Source of the DNA: an uncultured bacterium
GTDB taxonomy: Bacteria; Fidelibacterota; Marinisomatia; SCGC-AAA003-L08; GCA-002704045
Direction: 5' to 3'
Assembly: GCA_964345035.1 (NCBI GenBank)
Contig: CAYFPO010000003.1
Coordinates: 6,800-70,799 of the forward strand
Length of the DNA stretch: 64,000 nt
Part shown: piece by piece, positions 60,680-64,000 of the stretch
Position numbering within the stretch: the stretch's first letter is position 1
Layout: each line of letters begins with the position of its first letter
The notes under the pieces: model-generated
Told to the model about the DNA's origin: nothing
What the model saw: the letters and a program-made list of their open reading frames with translations, nothing else
Databases searched by the model: none
Position numbers and translations under genes: made by a program

Positions 60680-62143
60680 ATGGAATTTTCAAGAAATACC
60701 CGGGATTTGTGGTTAAAAGAGATTCAGGGAACAACGGTCGATGTTATAATAATCGGTGGTGGAATTAATGGTGCGGGGGTTGCAAGAGAAACAGCTTTTA
60801 AAGGTTATTCCACAGTATTATTTGAGAAAAATGATTTTGGATCAGGGACGTCAAGTAAATCTTCTGGAATGCTACATGGAGGATTGCGATATTTACAATA
60901 TGGTAAATTAAGACTCGTTTATGAAGCTCTAAGAGAGAGAAATTACCTTCTAAATATTTCTAATGATCTCGCTAAACCGGAAAAATTTATATATCCAGTC
61001 TTTGGCGGAATTTTCAAATGGATAAAAATTCGATTAGGCATCATTTTATATGATATTCTTGCCGGTAAAAATAAATTATATTCACATTCAATTTTAAATA
61101 AATCTGAAACATTAGCCCAATTACCTGATCTAAATTCAACCCAATTAAAGGGATCAGTGATTTATGGAGATGCATTAGTTAATGATGTTAACTTGGTTTT
61201 AGCAAATATTAAATCTGCTTGCAATGCAGGTTCAAAAGCAATGAGTTATACTTGTGTAGAATCAATCAGCCAAAACGACGGCCTATGGGTTATTACATTC
61301 AAAGATCTATTGAATAATATTCACGGAATAATTAAATCTAAGATATTAGTGATTTCTGCCGGACCTTGGACAGATAAATTATTACAGTCAAATCCATTAT
61401 TAAAAAAACAAAACTTAATTCGTCCTACAAAAGGGATACATATCACATTGCCCCCAGACAGGATTAAGAGTGAATATTCAATTGTGATTCCGTCAATTGA
61501 TAACAGAATTTTATTTCTTAATTATTCAGACGATTATTTATATATTGGTACAACTGATACCGATTATAAAGATGATCCGGATAAAGTTAGGGCAAACCGT
61601 GATGATATTAATTATATTCTGGAACAGGTAAATACTATTTTCCCGGAATTAAAAATAGAAAATTCTGAGGTTCTTTCAACTTGGGCTGGTATAAGACCAT
61701 TAATAAATCACCCCGGAAAGACAGGGGAGGTAAGCAGAGAAGAAAAAATAATTAATGAAAAAAGTGGATTAATTATTTTAACAGGTGGCAAGCTTACAAC
61801 ATATCGAAATATTTCTAATAAAATACTAAAATTAATAGATCAATATTTTTCAAATATTAGTTTTAATACACATACAGAAAACATCAAACTACCAAAAATT
61901 ACACCAAATGGTGAATTACCGATAAAAGATAAAATTTTATATCATTTGAAAAATACAATGGCAATAAATCTAAATGATTTGATTTTCAGAAGAGAAAGAT
62001 TCATCAGGAAAAATCAAGCTGTAGTTGACCAAACGGCTAATTTAGCTCTGGAAAGTTTAAAAGAAACATTTAAATCAGATAAAAAAACATTGAACAAAAT
62101 AAGAGATGATTTTGAAAATAGTAAAAAATATTACGAGGTATAG
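60680..62143 (+). CDS. glpD: FAD-dependent glycerol-3-phosphate dehydrogenase
   Basis: DVIIIGGGINGAGVARE dinucleotide fold and SSKSSGMLHGGLRYL motif. The ORF track begins one codon earlier, at TTG 60677. Confidence 0.8.
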   Translation: MEFSRNTRDLWLKEIQGTTVDVIIIGGGINGAGVARETAFKGYSTVLFEKNDFGSGTSSKSSGMLHGGLRYLQYGKLRLVYEALRERNYLLNISNDLAKPEKFIYPVFGGIFKWIKIRLGIILYDILAGKNKLYSHSILNKSETLAQLPDLNSTQLKGSVIYGDALVNDVNLVLANIKSACNAGSKAMSYTCVESISQNDGLWVITFKDLLNNIHGIIKSKILVISAGPWTDKLLQSNPLLKKQNLIRPTKGIHITLPPDRIKSEYSIVIPSIDNRILFLNYSDDYLYIGTTDTDYKDDPDKVRANRDDINYILEQVNTIFPELKIENSEVLSTWAGIRPLINHPGKTGEVSREEKIINEKSGLIILTGGKLTTYRNISNKILKLIDQYFSNISFNTHTENIKLPKITPNGELPIKDKILYHLKNTMAINLNDLIFRRERFIRKNQAVVDQTANLALESLKETFKSDKKTLNKIRDDFENSKKYYEV

Positions 62144-62240
62144 TAATATTAAAATCGTGTGGATAAGCTCAAATTGTATCATAATATTGGATAGCAATAG
62201 GATGAAACCGTAATTTTAGCACTAATTTTTTGAGGTATAT

Positions 62241-62804
62241 ATGGCATCAACAGCAGATTTCAGAAACGGATTAATAATCAACCATAAAAACAACCTGTGG
62301 AAAATTGTTGAATTTTTACATGTAAAACCTGGTAAAGGCGGTGCATTTGTAAGAACAAAATTAAAAAATTTAAAAACGGGTCAGGTAGTTGACGATACTT
62401 TTAGAGCTGGTGAAAAAATCAATACAGTCAGGGTGGAGGCAAGGAATTTCAACTATTTATATAATGATGGTAGTTTATACTATTTTATGGACAATGAAAC
62501 CTACGACCAAATTTCATTAACTCCGGAACAGATAAAAGATATTAAAGATTTCTTAATTGAAAATACTGAAACAACAATTGCCTTTAATGGAGAAGAACCA
62601 TTAGAAGTGAGAATCCCTAAGCATATGAATTTAACCGTATCAGACACAGACCCGGGGTTACGTGGAGATACTGCTCAAGGTGGAACAAAACCTGCAACCT
62701 TAGAGACCGGAATTACCATACAAGTACCACTATTTATTAATAAAGGGGAAAAAGTTCGTGTAGACACTAAAGATGGTCGTTATATTGAACGCGTGAAAGA
62801 ATAA
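62241..62804 (+). CDS. efp: Elongation factor P
   Basis: FRNGLII...[22 protein letters not shown] and the C-terminal [17 protein letters not shown]. Confidence 0.95.
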   Translation: MASTADFRNGLIINHKNNLWKIVEFLHVKPGKGGAFVRTKLKNLKTGQVVDDTFRAGEKINTVRVEARNFNYLYNDGSLYYFMDNETYDQISLTPEQIKDIKDFLIENTETTIAFNGEEPLEVRIPKHMNLTVSDTDPGLRGDTAQGGTKPATLETGITIQVPLFINKGEKVRVDTKDGRYIERVKE

Positions 62805-63295
62805 TGAGTCTTAAAACCAAAATAAATAATATTATTGAATTATTAAAAGATTCCGGGGTTGAAGAAATTGAAATTTCTTCATTTTGGGGTGCTCAAAAAA
62901 TTAGGGTTTCAAATAAATCCAATAATGTTCAACAAGTAATAATACCACAAGAACAAAATTATATACCCGCTACTGAAAAATTATCACAACAGGAATCTAT
63001 CCCAGAACCTAAACAAGTAGAAACACCGGAACAAAAAACAGATATAACACCCTCAACGGGGAAAACTGAGATTGTTGCTCCATTAGTAGGAACATTTTAT
63101 TCATCACCAAAACCTGAAACACCTCCTTTTATTAAGCCCGGTGATACAGTCGAACCGGGACAGACAATCTGTATTATTGAAGCCATGAAAATATTTAATG
63201 AGATTGAATCTGAAGTTTCTGGTAAAATAATTGAGATACTTGTTGAGGACGGCTCACCTGTCGAATATGGGCAGGTTTTAATGACCGTTGAATAA
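62804..63295 (+). CDS. accB: Acetyl-CoA carboxylase biotin carboxyl carrier protein
   Basis: Pro/Glu-rich linker followed by the biotinyl domain with [13 protein letters not shown]. Confidence 0.9.
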   Translation: MSLKTKINNIIELLKDSGVEEIEISSFWGAQKIRVSNKSNNVQQVIIPQEQNYIPATEKLSQQESIPEPKQVETPEQKTDITPSTGKTEIVAPLVGTFYSSPKPETPPFIKPGDTVEPGQTICIIEAMKIFNEIESEVSGKIIEILVEDGSPVEYGQVLMTVE

Positions 63296-63306
63296 TATTT
63301 AAGAAT

Positions 63307-64000
63307 ATGTTCAAAAAAATATTAATTGCAAATCGAGGTGAAATCGCTTTACGAATTATTCGAGGCTGTAAAGAGTTAAATATAGAAACTGTAGCAATTT
63401 ATTCAGAAGCAGATGAATTATCTCTGCATGTGCGTTTTGCCGATGAAGCCATTTGCGTAGGCCCGCCCAATAGTGGTTCGAGTTATTTAAACATTCCTTC
63501 AGTTATAGCTGCTGCAGAATTGACAAATGCAGATGCAATTCATCCTGGTTATGGATTTTTATCAGAAAGTGCAGAATTTTCATCTATCTGCAAAGAGCAT
63601 AATATTGCATTTGTCGGTCCACCGCCTGAAACAATAGATGCAATGGGGAATAAAGCACAAGCAAAAATCACAATGGAAAGTGTGGGTGTACCAGTAATCC
63701 CGGGGTCGGATGGTATTGTAACTTCACCAGAGGATGCGGCAAAAAAAGCTGAATCTTATGGTTATCCTGTTCTATTAAAAGCCAGTGCAGGTGGAGGGGG
63801 GAAAGGTATGCGCCTTGTTGAACACCCATCACAAATGGATAATGCATTTCAGACTGCCCAAGCTGAAGCAATAACTTCCTTTAATAACGGTGATTTGTAT
63901 ATGGAGAAATTTATAGAAAATCCAAGGCATATTGAAGTTCAGATTATTGCAGACCAATTTGGGAATGTCTCTGCACTTGGAGAAAGAGAATGTTCAATCC
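63307..64000 (+). CDS. accC: Acetyl-CoA carboxylase biotin carboxylase, 5' part (runs off the window end)
   Basis: ATG 63307 translates to [48 protein letters not shown]...GYGFLSE...GGGGKGMR. It is absent from the ORF track because there is no stop in the window. Confidence 0.9.
   Translation, partial: MFKKILIANRGEIALRIIRGCKELNIETVAIYSEADELSLHVRFADEAICVGPPNSGSSYLNIPSVIAAAELTNADAIHPGYGFLSESAEFSSICKEHNIAFVGPPPETIDAMGNKAQAKITMESVGVPVIPGSDGIVTSPEDAAKKAESYGYPVLLKASAGGGGKGMRLVEHPSQMDNAFQTAQAEAITSFNNGDLYMEKFIENPRHIEVQIIADQFGNVSALGERECSI

Noticed and set aside
1-64000. I scanned the window for CRISPR arrays, tRNA/rRNA/tmRNA genes, IS elements, integrases, toxin-antitoxin pairs and defence-system hallmarks.
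   Set aside because: Intergenic regions are all short (the longest are about 100-250 nt) and contain no direct-repeat arrays or cloverleaf-like sequences. No ORF shows transposase, integrase, nuclease-helicase or similar motifs. The window looks like conserved core genome.

Overview
AT-rich, gene-dense, almost entirely plus-strand window from a Gram-negative bacterium. The gene content looks FCB-superphylum-like, but I cannot assign a taxon. It is mostly core housekeeping and respiratory DNA. I found no tRNA or rRNA genes, CRISPR arrays, transposases, integrases, phage genes or recognisable defence systems. Gene order runs as follows: the end of a polysaccharide locus (sugar transferase fragment, UDP-xylose synthase, Wzi-like barrel); serS and a convergent proline dehydrogenase; an 11-gene complex I operon (nuoABCDHIJKLMN, no nuoEFG); a hotdog thioesterase; nqrABCDEF-apbE with a convergent 59-aa nqrM-like ORF that the ORF track misses; an NhaD/ArsB-type transporter and a Usp protein; nrnA-dcd-ispH-pdxS-pdxT-dxs; an acyl-CoA mutase catalytic subunit; a GCS2 ligase; an archaeal-type GAPDH; an MBL hydrolase; tilS-hpt-ftsH-folP; a small SLBB protein; prfB with its +1 frameshift; lysS; lolC/E-lolE-lolD; clpC; dnaK; a tamB-like gene with an Omp85 gene; a Bat-like TPR-MoxR-DUF58-DUF4381 module; glpD; and efp-accB-accC (partial). 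I do not see a clear novel multi-gene system. The observations most worth a second look are: (1) two clear genes and one possible gene whose conserved N-termini lie upstream of any ATG/GTG/TTG and appear to start at AUU/AUA behind a well-spaced Shine-Dalgarno (SD) sequence next to the upstream stop; (2) a roughly 235-aa C-terminal extension on NuoI containing an internally duplicated module, in a complex I that lacks its NADH-oxidising module; (3) the unannotated nqrM.
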